A program made the translations under genes and the position numbers. 64,000 nt of DNA from the IMG/VR virus record IMGVR_UViG_3300029258_002856; one strand, 5' to 3'. The DNA comes from a virus. Below are positions 18,593 to 26,741 of the stretch, in pieces (positions within the stretch are counted from its first letter, which is position 1; every line of letters begins with the position of its first letter). The notes beneath the pieces are model-generated. The model was not told where the DNA came from, did no database searches, and saw only the letters and a list, made by a program, of their open reading frames with translations.

Positions 18593-18846
18593 TGCCTTTC
18601 TGGGACCATCTTGAAACTTATCTAGAGGAGAAGGGCGTCGAATACAACTTTCGGATGGGAGGTGAGCAGTACGATACTGCTTGGGTCGTAGAACTGGACA
18701 ACGTGCCGAGACGTGTAGTGGATGACTTACTTGTTCCTGCCATTCGAATAATGGCGAGGGAGGATTTTTTCTATGTGAATAATGTCGTGTATAACGACCC
18801 TCGTACAACCATTTACATATCCTTCGGCACCAAGAAGTGGAAGTAG
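18592..18846 (+). CDS. hypothetical protein, EKG paralog family
   Basis: YLEEKG motif; TGATG coupling. Confidence 0.8.
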   Translation: MPFWDHLETYLEEKGVEYNFRMGGEQYDTAWVVELDNVPRRVVDDLLVPAIRIMAREDFFYVNNVVYNDPRTTIYISFGTKKWK

Positions 18847-18848
18847 AG

Positions 18849-18883
18849 AAGAGAACCGCAACGCGCGAGTGGTTCTCTTTTTT
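18849..18883 (+). terminator. intrinsic terminator
   Basis: AAGAGAACCGC/GTGGTTCTCTT stem plus T-tract. Confidence 0.8.
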
Positions 18884-18891
18884 GGTATCAG
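18883..18891 (+). promoter_or_regulatory. TGGTATCAG putative promoter element
   Basis: Abuts terminator T-tract; upstream of AAGGAGG and ATG 18928. Confidence 0.55.
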
Positions 18892-18927
18892 GGCATGTGA
18901 AAGTTTTACTGCGTAAAGGAGGAGCGT

Positions 18928-19374
18928 ATGGGCGTCTCAACAAATGGAATTCTCTATTTCGGCATCGAGCTAGGCGACGAGGAAGATGTCTGCTTCCCTT
19001 GGGATGATTTCGTGGACGAGGAGAACGATGTCTACGTAGAAGACTACGTAGCTCACAAGCTCGGAGTCGACGAACCGGATGTTCCCTACGAAGGGAATGA
19101 GGCGCTGTACAGCAAGTGCTGGGAGGAGAAGTGCAACGCCATAAAGGCGACTGGCTGTGAAGTGGACTACCATGGGAGCAGCGCCTGCATGATGTACTAC
19201 ATTACGCTTACCGCGAAGCACTTCACTGCGCGGCGCGGGTATCCGACAGAGATAAGGCCGAAGGACCTGGAAGTCACGGAGGAGCAGAAGGAGCAGCTCA
19301 AGAAGTTCTGCGAGATTATCGGGGTGGAGTGGAAAGAGCCCAAGTGGATGCTCGCTAGCTATTGGAGTGAGTGA
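18928..19374 (+). CDS. hypothetical protein
   Basis: Strong SD; acidic. Confidence 0.8.
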   Translation: MGVSTNGILYFGIELGDEEDVCFPWDDFVDEENDVYVEDYVAHKLGVDEPDVPYEGNEALYSKCWEEKCNAIKATGCEVDYHGSSACMMYYITLTAKHFTARRGYPTEIRPKDLEVTEEQKEQLKKFCEIIGVEWKEPKWMLASYWSE

Positions 19375-19637
19375 TGACCCTCGCTGAACTCAAAGCCGAA
19401 ATCGATGCGCTCTACCACCAAGGTTGTCGTCCCGAGTTCGAAGTGCAAATCAGCGCCATGACGGGACGTCTCTCCAACAACTCCAACATCGGAATCAACA
19501 GTATCGGCCGCGGTATTGACTGGGACGGTAACCGTATCATCATCCAACCCTCCGAATCGCTCGTGGAGGCGGAGTTCGCCAAGCGGTACTTCGCGGGCCA
19601 CCGTAAAGACGACCAGAAAGTGAGACTAGGCAGATGA
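19371..19637 (+). CDS. hypothetical protein
   Basis: Coupled ORF. Confidence 0.7.
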   Translation: MMTLAELKAEIDALYHQGCRPEFEVQISAMTGRLSNNSNIGINSIGRGIDWDGNRIIIQPSESLVEAEFAKRYFAGHRKDDQKVRLGR

Positions 19638-20083
19638 GTCAATTAGATGAAGCAATCGTGTTCGCTACTCGAGCGCACGAGAAACAAGTCGACAAGGGTG
19701 GCCAGCCCTATATCCTTCACCCGCTCTCGGTGATGCTCTCGGTCTTTCCTGATGAGGACGCCATGGTCGTAGCGGTCTTGCACGACGTAATCGAGGACAC
19801 GCCGTTCGCGTTGGAGGAAGTAACGAAGCTCCTGGACCTGGACGAAGAACAGTCCAAGGCTCTTGGACTGCTCTCCCGTGAGCCCGCAGGAACTCCCGAC
19901 CGTCCCACGTACCGAGAGCACATTGCGCGTCTCGCACCTAACAACCTGGCGCGAACAGTGAAGATGGCGGACCTCCGCCACAACATGAATCCAGTGCGGA
20001 TGGCGGGATTGGCTCCCGAAGAGAAGGGGCTGATACATCGCTATGAGTTGGCGATGGAGGATTTGATGCGATACGAGGAATGA
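19634..20083 (+). CDS. HD-domain small alarmone hydrolase-like protein (SpoT/Mesh1-type HD)
   Basis: H..Q.DKGGQPYILHP, AVLHDVIEDT, VKMADLRHN motifs. Confidence 0.8.
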   Translation: MSQLDEAIVFATRAHEKQVDKGGQPYILHPLSVMLSVFPDEDAMVVAVLHDVIEDTPFALEEVTKLLDLDEEQSKALGLLSREPAGTPDRPTYREHIARLAPNNLARTVKMADLRHNMNPVRMAGLAPEEKGLIHRYELAMEDLMRYEE

Positions 20084-20409
20084 ATATGACAAGAAAAGAG
20101 GAACTAGCTAGAGACCTCTTCCTCGCCATGCAGTGTGACGGTACCTTCTTCCGTGCCCATCTTTACCGGTTGTTCAACAAAGCCGACGGCGAGAACCAGA
20201 TGCGGATGTCTGCCGTCTACCCCGAAGAGTACGGACTCTGGCGGGAATGGCATGCCAGCCGCAACGACTTTGCGTTCTACCGGCGTTACAACGTAAAGGT
20301 GAACCTCCAGGAAGAGAGTCGGGCGCGAAGAGTGTACGAGCATCTCGAGAGTCGAGAGAAGAAAGACAGCCCGGAGGTGAAGGTGCTTCTGAGGGAGGAA
20401 GAACGATGA
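20080..20409 (+). CDS. hypothetical protein
   Basis: ATGA coupling. Confidence 0.75.
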   Translation: MNMTRKEELARDLFLAMQCDGTFFRAHLYRLFNKADGENQMRMSAVYPEEYGLWREWHASRNDFAFYRRYNVKVNLQEESRARRVYEHLESREKKDSPEVKVLLREEER

Positions 20410-20714
20410 TTGACACGCCGGAGTGTGACAAAATCACAGCTAACCGAGAAGAGTCCCGCATCCTCACAGACTTCTACGATTGGCTCGGGGAGCACGGATT
20501 GGAAATCTGTGCGTACGACGAAAAGTCCTATGGAGGTGAGTGGCTCCCCGATTCTCGTCGGCCGGAACAGCTCTTCGCGGACTACTTTGGGATAGACATG
20601 AACAAAGTGGAGGAAGAGCGGCGAGCAATCCTCGAACTCCAGCGCGAGTTGAACTACACACACGACATCCTGGACGCTCTGTCCTCGGGGGAGGTGGATG
20701 ATTGCTATGGCTAA
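20406..20714 (+). CDS. hypothetical protein
   Basis: SD GGAGG before ATG 20406. Confidence 0.75.
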   Translation: MIDTPECDKITANREESRILTDFYDWLGEHGLEICAYDEKSYGGEWLPDSRRPEQLFADYFGIDMNKVEEERRAILELQRELNYTHDILDALSSGEVDDCYG

Positions 20715-21006
20715 GGTACGTCTGATTCTGAAGTTGGAGTTGGGGGAGCTGAAGAAGCTGGAAGATGCGGTAGAAGAACTCATTGCGGAGGCGCTTACCC
20801 GCAAGGAAGAATTCGGGAAGGAGGCCATCAACTGGGGGGACTTGCATTGTACCGAGTGCAAGGCTACGTTGGACGAGCGGGGAGGGCTCGGCTGGTATGT
20901 GCTCATCGAAGAGTTGGACCCGAGCTGCCCCAACTTCAAACGCTTCATCTTCGAAGGACTCAAGAAGATGGGATACGAAAACGTGGACGTAATCCTGGAG
21001 TGGTAA
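20698..21006 (+). CDS. hypothetical protein
   Basis: Coupled ORF (ATG 20698 or 20707). Confidence 0.75.
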   Translation: MIAMAKVRLILKLELGELKKLEDAVEELIAEALTRKEEFGKEAINWGDLHCTECKATLDERGGLGWYVLIEELDPSCPNFKRFIFEGLKKMGYENVDVILEW

Positions 21007-21007
21007 G

Positions 21008-21169
21008 ATGCCGCTACTTTACGAAGACGAAGAAGATTCCTGGGGGGTCATAGACTCCGTTGAGTGTCCCCGTTGCGACAGCACCAATGTCGTGTCCATT
21101 GAAGAGACGCTGCACGGCGTAATCTACATGTGCCGCGACTGCGATAACGAGTGGGAAGAATACGGCTGA
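21008..21169 (+). CDS. small zinc-ribbon protein (53 aa)
   Basis: MPLLYED...CPRC...CRDC...YG stop; below ORF-track cutoff. Confidence 0.7.
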   Translation: MPLLYEDEEDSWGVIDSVECPRCDSTNVVSIEETLHGVIYMCRDCDNEWEEYG

Positions 21170-21173
21170 AACT

Positions 21174-21217
21174 TGGTATCAGGCTATGTGTACACACAAA
21201 CGTTTGTAGCTACAAAC
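21174..21217 (+). promoter_or_regulatory. TGGTATCAG element plus two palindromic operator candidates
   Basis: TGTGTACACA (21187-21196) and GTTTGTAGCTACAAAC (21202-21217) are perfect palindromes between the motif and the SD. Confidence 0.55.
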
Positions 21218-21227
21218 AGGAGGACAC

Positions 21228-21593
21228 ATGGCCAAACCAAAATTGCAGAAGTTTCCGGTGTTCACTGCGCCTGAAGAACCCCTCTTCACCGACAAACAAG
21301 TGATGGAACTCATCCGAAAACGTGATTCGGGGATGTCCATCCAGAACATCTCCTACACGAGTGGCATCAAAGGTGGGGACATCAGTCGTGCAACGGCAAA
21401 GCTCTCCATGCACATTGCCGCGGAAGAGTTTGATGCGCTGCTCGTGCTCACCGCCGTGGACGGTTCGAAGACGGTGGGGGAGTTCATTCGGAAAGCCGTC
21501 AACACTCATATCCAGAAAAACAAGCTTCTGAACAAGAAGCTCCCGTCGGAACGTCAACTCCAGCTCATCCGAGCGAAGATTTCCAAGCGATAA
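21228..21593 (+). CDS. putative transcriptional regulator (HTH-like plus ribbon-helix-helix-like)
   Basis: GMSIQNISYTSGI..GDIS (HTH-like); TAKLSMHI..EEFDAL...SKTVGEFIRKAV (CopG/RHH-like). Confidence 0.5.
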   Translation: MAKPKLQKFPVFTAPEEPLFTDKQVMELIRKRDSGMSIQNISYTSGIKGGDISRATAKLSMHIAAEEFDALLVLTAVDGSKTVGEFIRKAVNTHIQKNKLLNKKLPSERQLQLIRAKISKR

Positions 21594-21624
21594 AAGAACG
21601 CTCGCCCATGAGGCGTTCTTTTTT
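21593..21624 (+). terminator. intrinsic terminator
   Basis: AAGAACGC/GCGTTCTT stem plus T-tract; same stem as the 8330 copy. Confidence 0.8.
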
Positions 21625-21632
21625 GGTATCAG
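21624..21632 (+). promoter_or_regulatory. TGGTATCAG putative promoter element
   Basis: Abuts terminator; upstream of AGGAGG and ATG 21654. Confidence 0.55.
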
Positions 21633-21653
21633 AGTCCTAGTAGGAGGGAGTCC

Positions 21654-22052
21654 ATGTCCGACGAGATGGTCTACGTCATCATTCATCCGAAAACAGGGAA
21701 GGTCCACGCTTGCTGGTACGGAGGGAGAATTTCTTGCTGCGGGATGGCTAAGTCCAAGGAGCTGGCGCTAGAGAAAAGGAGTGTTGCCGAAGTCGAATGT
21801 AGTAGGTGCAGGAGTTTGTTGCTCCAGGACCTGGAGCGAGATAAGGACGAGCCCATGAAGGCAGAACGTATGCGTCAGCGCTATCTAGTGTTTCTCGAAG
21901 GATTCAAGTCCGGGGTTGCAACGAAAGACGGAGCACTTGTTACAGACCCGGAGCTCAGGCGCATTTATGAGAGAGGACGCATAGAAGGGGAGGCAGCACA
22001 GACCCGGGCAGTTGCAATGGCCCGGAGAAATTTTGGAGTGAAAGATGGCTGA
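21654..22052 (+). CDS. hypothetical protein
   Basis: Strong SD; H..W...CCG...CSRC. Confidence 0.75.
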   Translation: MSDEMVYVIIHPKTGKVHACWYGGRISCCGMAKSKELALEKRSVAEVECSRCRSLLLQDLERDKDEPMKAERMRQRYLVFLEGFKSGVATKDGALVTDPELRRIYERGRIEGEAAQTRAVAMARRNFGVKDG

Positions 22053-22509
22053 AGAGAAGAGGACCGAGGTCCAGGTGGTCTACGCTGGACGCCGGTTTCT
22101 GTTGGATGAGAGGAAGCTCGGGCATCTCTACTACTTCACAGATGATGAGGAGTACGAGCAGCGGTTGATATTCAGTCGCCCTCTCGGCACCAAGTCCAAG
22201 CGCGGGAAAGACGTCATCGGCGGCATGTACGCTGGTGAGATGTGCGAGAAGAAATCCACGGCTTTCGGGGTTGGTGGTTGGGAGTTTCTCGGTCGCAGCA
22301 TGGACGAGGATGCCGTTACGCGCTGGCACACTGCGGATGTGGGCGCTCTCGGGGAAATGGACAAAGAGCGTAAGCTGAAAAAAGCCCAGCGGCAGAACCC
22401 GATGTACGAACGGCTTCAGCCTATTCGGGACGCGTACTGGCAGGCTCCTACGTCTGTCGGCCGCCGCGCAATTCTCACTGAGGTGCTGGAGTTCATTACC
22501 AAGCACTGA
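22045..22509 (+). CDS. hypothetical protein
   Basis: Coupled ORF. Confidence 0.8.
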   Translation: MAEEKRTEVQVVYAGRRFLLDERKLGHLYYFTDDEEYEQRLIFSRPLGTKSKRGKDVIGGMYAGEMCEKKSTAFGVGGWEFLGRSMDEDAVTRWHTADVGALGEMDKERKLKKAQRQNPMYERLQPIRDAYWQAPTSVGRRAILTEVLEFITKH

Positions 22510-22524
22510 TTTACGGGGTAAACA

Positions 22525-22977
22525 ATGGGGCGACGCAGCCAGACGAAAAGAAAACGCTCGTTAGCCCGTCGTCTGTCAGAGGAGCGGTCACGACTGGTCT
22601 ACGAGATGCGTGTGCGTAATGCGGTCACGTTCAACCATGTGCGGGGCAGAACCCAGGTCAGTCACCACTTCTACGTCCTTGTAAACAGTTACATCACGGA
22701 GAAGGGGTGTTATGAATTCATGGTTCAAGGAAGTCAGGACGACCCGGTGACGACCGTTGTGATTGAGAACATTCCTGTGTCGTATTACCGAGGTCTTATT
22801 CGTCCCGGTCTTCGGGATTTGGCACAGCGGAGAGACCAGCTTCTTCGGGACTACGACTTCACGGTCAAACAAGGGGAAGACGGAAAGGCGTGGATTCACC
22901 GTGTGGGACTGTTGTATATCCATCGCCCTCGGTTCAACCCGGTCATTCCTCGTGGTTTCAAATTGGAGGAATTGTAA
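22525..22977 (+). CDS. hypothetical protein
   Basis: ORF in array. Confidence 0.7.
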   Translation: MGRRSQTKRKRSLARRLSEERSRLVYEMRVRNAVTFNHVRGRTQVSHHFYVLVNSYITEKGCYEFMVQGSQDDPVTTVVIENIPVSYYRGLIRPGLRDLAQRRDQLLRDYDFTVKQGEDGKAWIHRVGLLYIHRPRFNPVIPRGFKLEEL

Positions 22978-23222
22978 TGGCGTCTAGTCAGGATATCGCT
23001 ACGGAAGTCATCGGCGTTCTGCGGGACGCGGAAGCGCAGTTTATCAACACTATAGAGGAGACCGTATCCCAACAGGTAAAGAACATAGAGGAGATAATGG
23101 GGTTGAAACCGGAAGACGCCAAAATGCTTGAGGATAACTATTGGCGCGCTATCATGGTCAAATGCCTCGAAAAGCTAGGAGATAAAGCATGTCCATCCTC
23201 GACGAACGGTACCCCGCCGTAA
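22977..23222 (+). CDS. hypothetical protein
   Basis: SD GGAGG, TAATG coupling. Confidence 0.7.
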   Translation: MASSQDIATEVIGVLRDAEAQFINTIEETVSQQVKNIEEIMGLKPEDAKMLEDNYWRAIMVKCLEKLGDKACPSSTNGTPP

Positions 23223-23833
23223 CCAAATCCATGCTGACGTGGTTCATCGCCCCCGCCATCGTGGGCATCATCGTGGCGCTGGCTTTGGTGCTGGGAGTGG
23301 ATGCGCCCCCGGCGGCATTGGTTTTGGCTTCGGTAGTGGGGGTGGTGCTCTCCGGTATTTGTGTTGCGGGATTTTTGGTGCAGTATCGGGCGCGGCAAAA
23401 GGTGCGCAACAGCGTCATCTCCTGTGACTACGATGTGGCGATCTGCTACGGAATGGTTGCCACCTCGGAGATGAGAGCTTGGGCCAAGTGGTTCCTCATC
23501 AATGAACCGTTTACCGCGATTACCGATGCTATACGGGAGCTGCACACTAAGACAAAACTCGGTACCATCCCGTTTACCTTCATCACGCTCAGAGCTCCTG
23601 GGAAGGTCCTCTGGAAGTGGAACGGCATGGAGAAGCGGGCTCGAGGTACCCAAAAAGGTAACTGGTGTGAAATTGAGTGGTCGCAGGACAAGCCCGATAT
23701 CACTACGTCTCTTGCGCTCCATAAGCTTGCCCACGTTGTCCTCATGTTCAATAACCCCGGGATGTCAGAGAGTACGCAGCACAACATCATGGTAGCTGCG
23801 GACATCAACTCCCCGGAGCTACTCAATGACTGA
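23189..23833 (+). CDS. membrane protein with degenerate zincin motif (HKLAH)
   Basis: Two N-terminal TM segments; LHKLAHV at 23717-23737. Confidence 0.6.
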   Translation: MSILDERYPAVTKSMLTWFIAPAIVGIIVALALVLGVDAPPAALVLASVVGVVLSGICVAGFLVQYRARQKVRNSVISCDYDVAICYGMVATSEMRAWAKWFLINEPFTAITDAIRELHTKTKLGTIPFTFITLRAPGKVLWKWNGMEKRARGTQKGNWCEIEWSQDKPDITTSLALHKLAHVVLMFNNPGMSESTQHNIMVAADINSPELLND

Positions 23834-24050
23834 AATACATTGGTTTGTGCGGCGTTCCCCGGGCAAGAAAAAGAAGGTTGCAGCGCATGGCTTCGAAGTC
23901 ATCGGGGTCAATCTTCGTTTTTTCTCTCCGGTTCTGTCTGCGACGTCCCTTTGCGGAAAACAAGCGCTGTATCCGAATGACGGTAGTTGGGCGGTAGCCC
24001 CCGAAAAGATTGGCCGCTGTAAGACGTGTCAGAAGAAGGCGAAGAAATGA
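23826..24050 (+). CDS. small hypothetical protein
   Basis: H...LCG...CKTC. Confidence 0.65.
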   Translation: MTEIHWFVRRSPGKKKKVAAHGFEVIGVNLRFFSPVLSATSLCGKQALYPNDGSWAVAPEKIGRCKTCQKKAKK

Positions 24051-25027
24051 AACGCATCAAATTCAAGAAATACGCGGGGCTCAAGATTGTCGGCAAGGTT
24101 GCCCAGCAACCGGTCAATTTTGAGAGTTCGCACCTGGACCGTGCGTCGTGGCTGACCGCAGAAGTTGAGTCGGGCGGTAAGTTCGGCACCGTCATGAACT
24201 TCGACGGGACGGGAATGACAGCCGGTCTCCACCAGGCCATCGCCGTTTACCCCCGGTATCTCGACGACGAGAAAATCAACAACGACCAGGGGCCGCTGTG
24301 GAAGCTCCTCAACCGCATGCGTCTGCTGGCGTATGACTCCATCACGCTCTTGCGTATCTTCGACCGCCTCTACGACTTTGGCTGGTACCTGGCCGAAGAT
24401 GCGACTCTTCGTTACACCGGCAACGGTGACATTGTGGACGGGAAGGGCATCCGCGACCGCCTCACTGGTTCTCGTGACGGGGTGATGCCGCTCAAGGGCA
24501 ACGACCGGGCCATCGCCGAGGAAGTCATCAAGCTCTTCCACGAAGCGTTCAGTGACCATAAGACTTTCGAAGCGCAGATTGCCTTCGGCAAGGAGCACTT
24601 CATCAAGCGCGCAGAGCGCACGAATCTACGGTTCTGCAAGAAGACCACGCACAAGCGCTATCGCATCATGGATGTGCTCTACGACCCGGAGTTCCATATG
24701 ACTCATCCCGAGAGTCTCCCGTGGGACTGCAAGGAGATGGACCTCGCCGATGCGATGTTCTGGTCCAACACAGTCAACGCTCCGGGCGCGGCCCTCAAGG
24801 TCCTATGCAAGGTCGTGGATGCTGGTGGTCGGCCGAAGGACTTTTACACCGTACGGAAGTTCGCCAAGGAATTGATTCACGCCCTTGGTACAAGCTCGTA
24901 CGGGCGCTGGGACGATGACATCAAGAACGGCAGGTACCAGCGTACGCGAAAAGCGGCCATGCAAGTGTGGCCGAAGGAGTTCTTCACCGGCCCATCGGCG
25001 ATTATGCCTAAAGACCTGGAGGGGTAA
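24047..25027 (+). CDS. putative lysozyme-fold peptidoglycan hydrolase
   Basis: EVESGG..G.VMNFDGTGMTAGLHQ resembles the catalytic Glu/Asp beta-hairpin segment of lysozyme-like enzymes. Confidence 0.45.
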   Translation: MKRIKFKKYAGLKIVGKVAQQPVNFESSHLDRASWLTAEVESGGKFGTVMNFDGTGMTAGLHQAIAVYPRYLDDEKINNDQGPLWKLLNRMRLLAYDSITLLRIFDRLYDFGWYLAEDATLRYTGNGDIVDGKGIRDRLTGSRDGVMPLKGNDRAIAEEVIKLFHEAFSDHKTFEAQIAFGKEHFIKRAERTNLRFCKKTTHKRYRIMDVLYDPEFHMTHPESLPWDCKEMDLADAMFWSNTVNAPGAALKVLCKVVDAGGRPKDFYTVRKFAKELIHALGTSSYGRWDDDIKNGRYQRTRKAAMQVWPKEFFTGPSAIMPKDLEG

Positions 25028-25317
25028 TGTTCGACAACGAAAAATTTGACGCGTGCTCTTTCTCCGATGCGGACCTGTGTGCAAAGCATCTGGAGTTCAT
25101 GGCTGCGAAGGTGCGTAAGCTCGGGGTTATTAGCTTCGGGTCGAGTGAAGAACGACCCCTGCGCGTTGCTGAGTACGACGCAGAGGGTAATCCGATTCGT
25201 TTCGAAGAAGATGGAGACCACACGCTGTGCCTACGCATCGTCTTTGCGCCACGGGAGAGGAAATGGCCGATTTCAAACGAGAACAAATCATCACCCTCTT
25301 CAACACCTACCAGATAA
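25027..25317 (+). CDS. hypothetical protein
   Basis: TAATG coupling. Confidence 0.65.
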   Translation: MFDNEKFDACSFSDADLCAKHLEFMAAKVRKLGVISFGSSEERPLRVAEYDAEGNPIRFEEDGDHTLCLRIVFAPRERKWPISNENKSSPSSTPTR

Positions 25318-25544
25318 CAGTTGCCCAGGAGTCGTCGCTGGCGCGGTGGACGGCACGCATCGAAACGCAGCTGAGCGACGTTCAGTTTAGAATCGAACAG
25401 ACGGGCAAAGACAAACACGAAGCTATCTGTAAGGTGCTGGAGAAGATGTTGCTCCTCCGCGCGGACATCGAGAACGTGATGGATGAGCTTTCCGAGATAG
25501 GCATCCCGGGCTGGAAGGAGCGCCACGTGGTGCAGAGAGGATGA
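25263..25544 (+). CDS. coiled-coil hypothetical protein
   Basis: SD GAGAGG before ATG 25263. Confidence 0.7.
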   Translation: MADFKREQIITLFNTYQITVAQESSLARWTARIETQLSDVQFRIEQTGKDKHEAICKVLEKMLLLRADIENVMDELSEIGIPGWKERHVVQRG

Positions 25545-25547
25545 GCC

Positions 25548-25952
25548 ATGGAATGGATATCTGGGCTCTTCGGCCTTGTAGGGGGGTTCTTTGTGGGAGG
25601 TGCGATAGCCTGGGCGGTTTTATCGGCTTTGAAGAGACGGCACAATGCTGAGGGAGCAACTCCTGTAGCGTCAGGACCTTTTGAGTTAGAATGGCATCCT
25701 AAGTATTTGTGCACGCCTGCGTGTTATGCCCCCCACCACATAGTGGACCAGAATCGAGTTATTCCGGGAGTCTGGTGGTGCGGCGTGCACCGCGAGTATG
25801 AGCTATGTCCGGGATGCAGCATGGTAGAGGGAGAAGGTCGCGGAGCCTATGGCAAATATGGCTCTGGGTGTGCGCACCTACAGTTGGAGACTGGAACTTG
25901 TTTGTTGGCTGGGAGGGCCACGACATGGGAAGAAATAATGGAAGGAACATGA
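25548..25952 (+). CDS. membrane-anchored Cys-rich hypothetical protein
   Basis: N-terminal TM helix. Confidence 0.6.
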   Translation: MEWISGLFGLVGGFFVGGAIAWAVLSALKRRHNAEGATPVASGPFELEWHPKYLCTPACYAPHHIVDQNRVIPGVWWCGVHREYELCPGCSMVEGEGRGAYGKYGSGCAHLQLETGTCLLAGRATTWEEIMEGT

Positions 25953-25953
25953 G

Positions 25954-26379
25954 ATGGGAGACGTAATTCTGTACGCAGCCGTCATACTCTTCTTCCTTGT
26001 CGTGCTGTACCTCACGGTCGACATGTTTCGCAACAACCGTCAGCACCGGTCTCTCGTCCTTGAAATCCAACGGAAAGTGGATGAAGGGAACGCCATCCTT
26101 GTTCGGGAGCCCGTCGCCTGGTTCGTTCGAGAGATGGAGAAGAAGCTCCGCAAATACGACCACCGGGGTGGCTGGGATGATTGTACTCCTGGCTATCTGC
26201 TGGGTCGTTTACGAGAAGAGGTTGAGGAGCTCCAGGAAGAACGGGCGCGCGTGCCCGGGGACTTCAACGCAGAAATCAGCGAGTGCTGTGACGTAGCAAA
26301 CTTCGCCATGATGCTGGCGGACAAAGCGAGGAAAGTGAGAGATGCTAACAATCAAGCGTACGCAGAAAGAAATCGATGA
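25954..26379 (+). CDS. MazG-like nucleotide pyrophosphohydrolase domain protein with N-terminal TM helix
   Basis: LREEVEEL...SECCDVANFAMMLAD (EXXE...EXXD pattern). Confidence 0.6.
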   Translation: MGDVILYAAVILFFLVVLYLTVDMFRNNRQHRSLVLEIQRKVDEGNAILVREPVAWFVREMEKKLRKYDHRGGWDDCTPGYLLGRLREEVEELQEERARVPGDFNAEISECCDVANFAMMLADKARKVRDANNQAYAERNR

Positions 26380-26512
26380 ACTCCACAACTGGGCCAATGA
26401 AGGTCAGGACGAGGGAAGCCACTACCCGGGGATGTCGTACGAAGATGGCATCGATGCGACCATTCGCTGGATAATGGGGCACGATGATGTCCGACCCGAC
26501 CAAGATGAATAG
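26342..26512 (+). CDS. small hypothetical protein (56 aa)
   Basis: MLTIKRTQKEIDELHNW...YPGMSYEDG..ATIRWI; below ORF-track cutoff. Confidence 0.65.
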   Translation: MLTIKRTQKEIDELHNWANEGQDEGSHYPGMSYEDGIDATIRWIMGHDDVRPDQDE

Positions 26513-26549
26513 ACGCTGTTAGAGAATTAGTAAGTCGCATAGAGGAGAG

Positions 26550-26741
26550 ATGATGGACATCCACGACGCCAAGTGTATTCGAGAGAGCGATAAAGCCATC
26601 CTGGTGGAAGCCTCGGACTTCGATGAGCCGCAGTGGATACCGAAGAGCCAGGTTACTGACGAGAGCGAGGTTTACAAACCCGGCACCGACGGGGTGCTCA
26701 TCATCACCGATTGGTGGGCGGAGAAACAAGGATGGCTGTAA
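26550..26741 (+). CDS. small conserved phage protein
   Basis: ESDKAILV...WIPKSQ...W.AEKQG pattern; SD GAGGAG. Confidence 0.75.
   Translation: MMDIHDAKCIRESDKAILVEASDFDEPQWIPKSQVTDESEVYKPGTDGVLIITDWWAEKQGWL

Noticed and set aside
8330-21632. CRISPR array or integron attC interpretation of the repeated hairpins
   Set aside because: Copies are kilobases apart, irregular, carry T-tracts typical of terminators, and no cas or integrase gene is present
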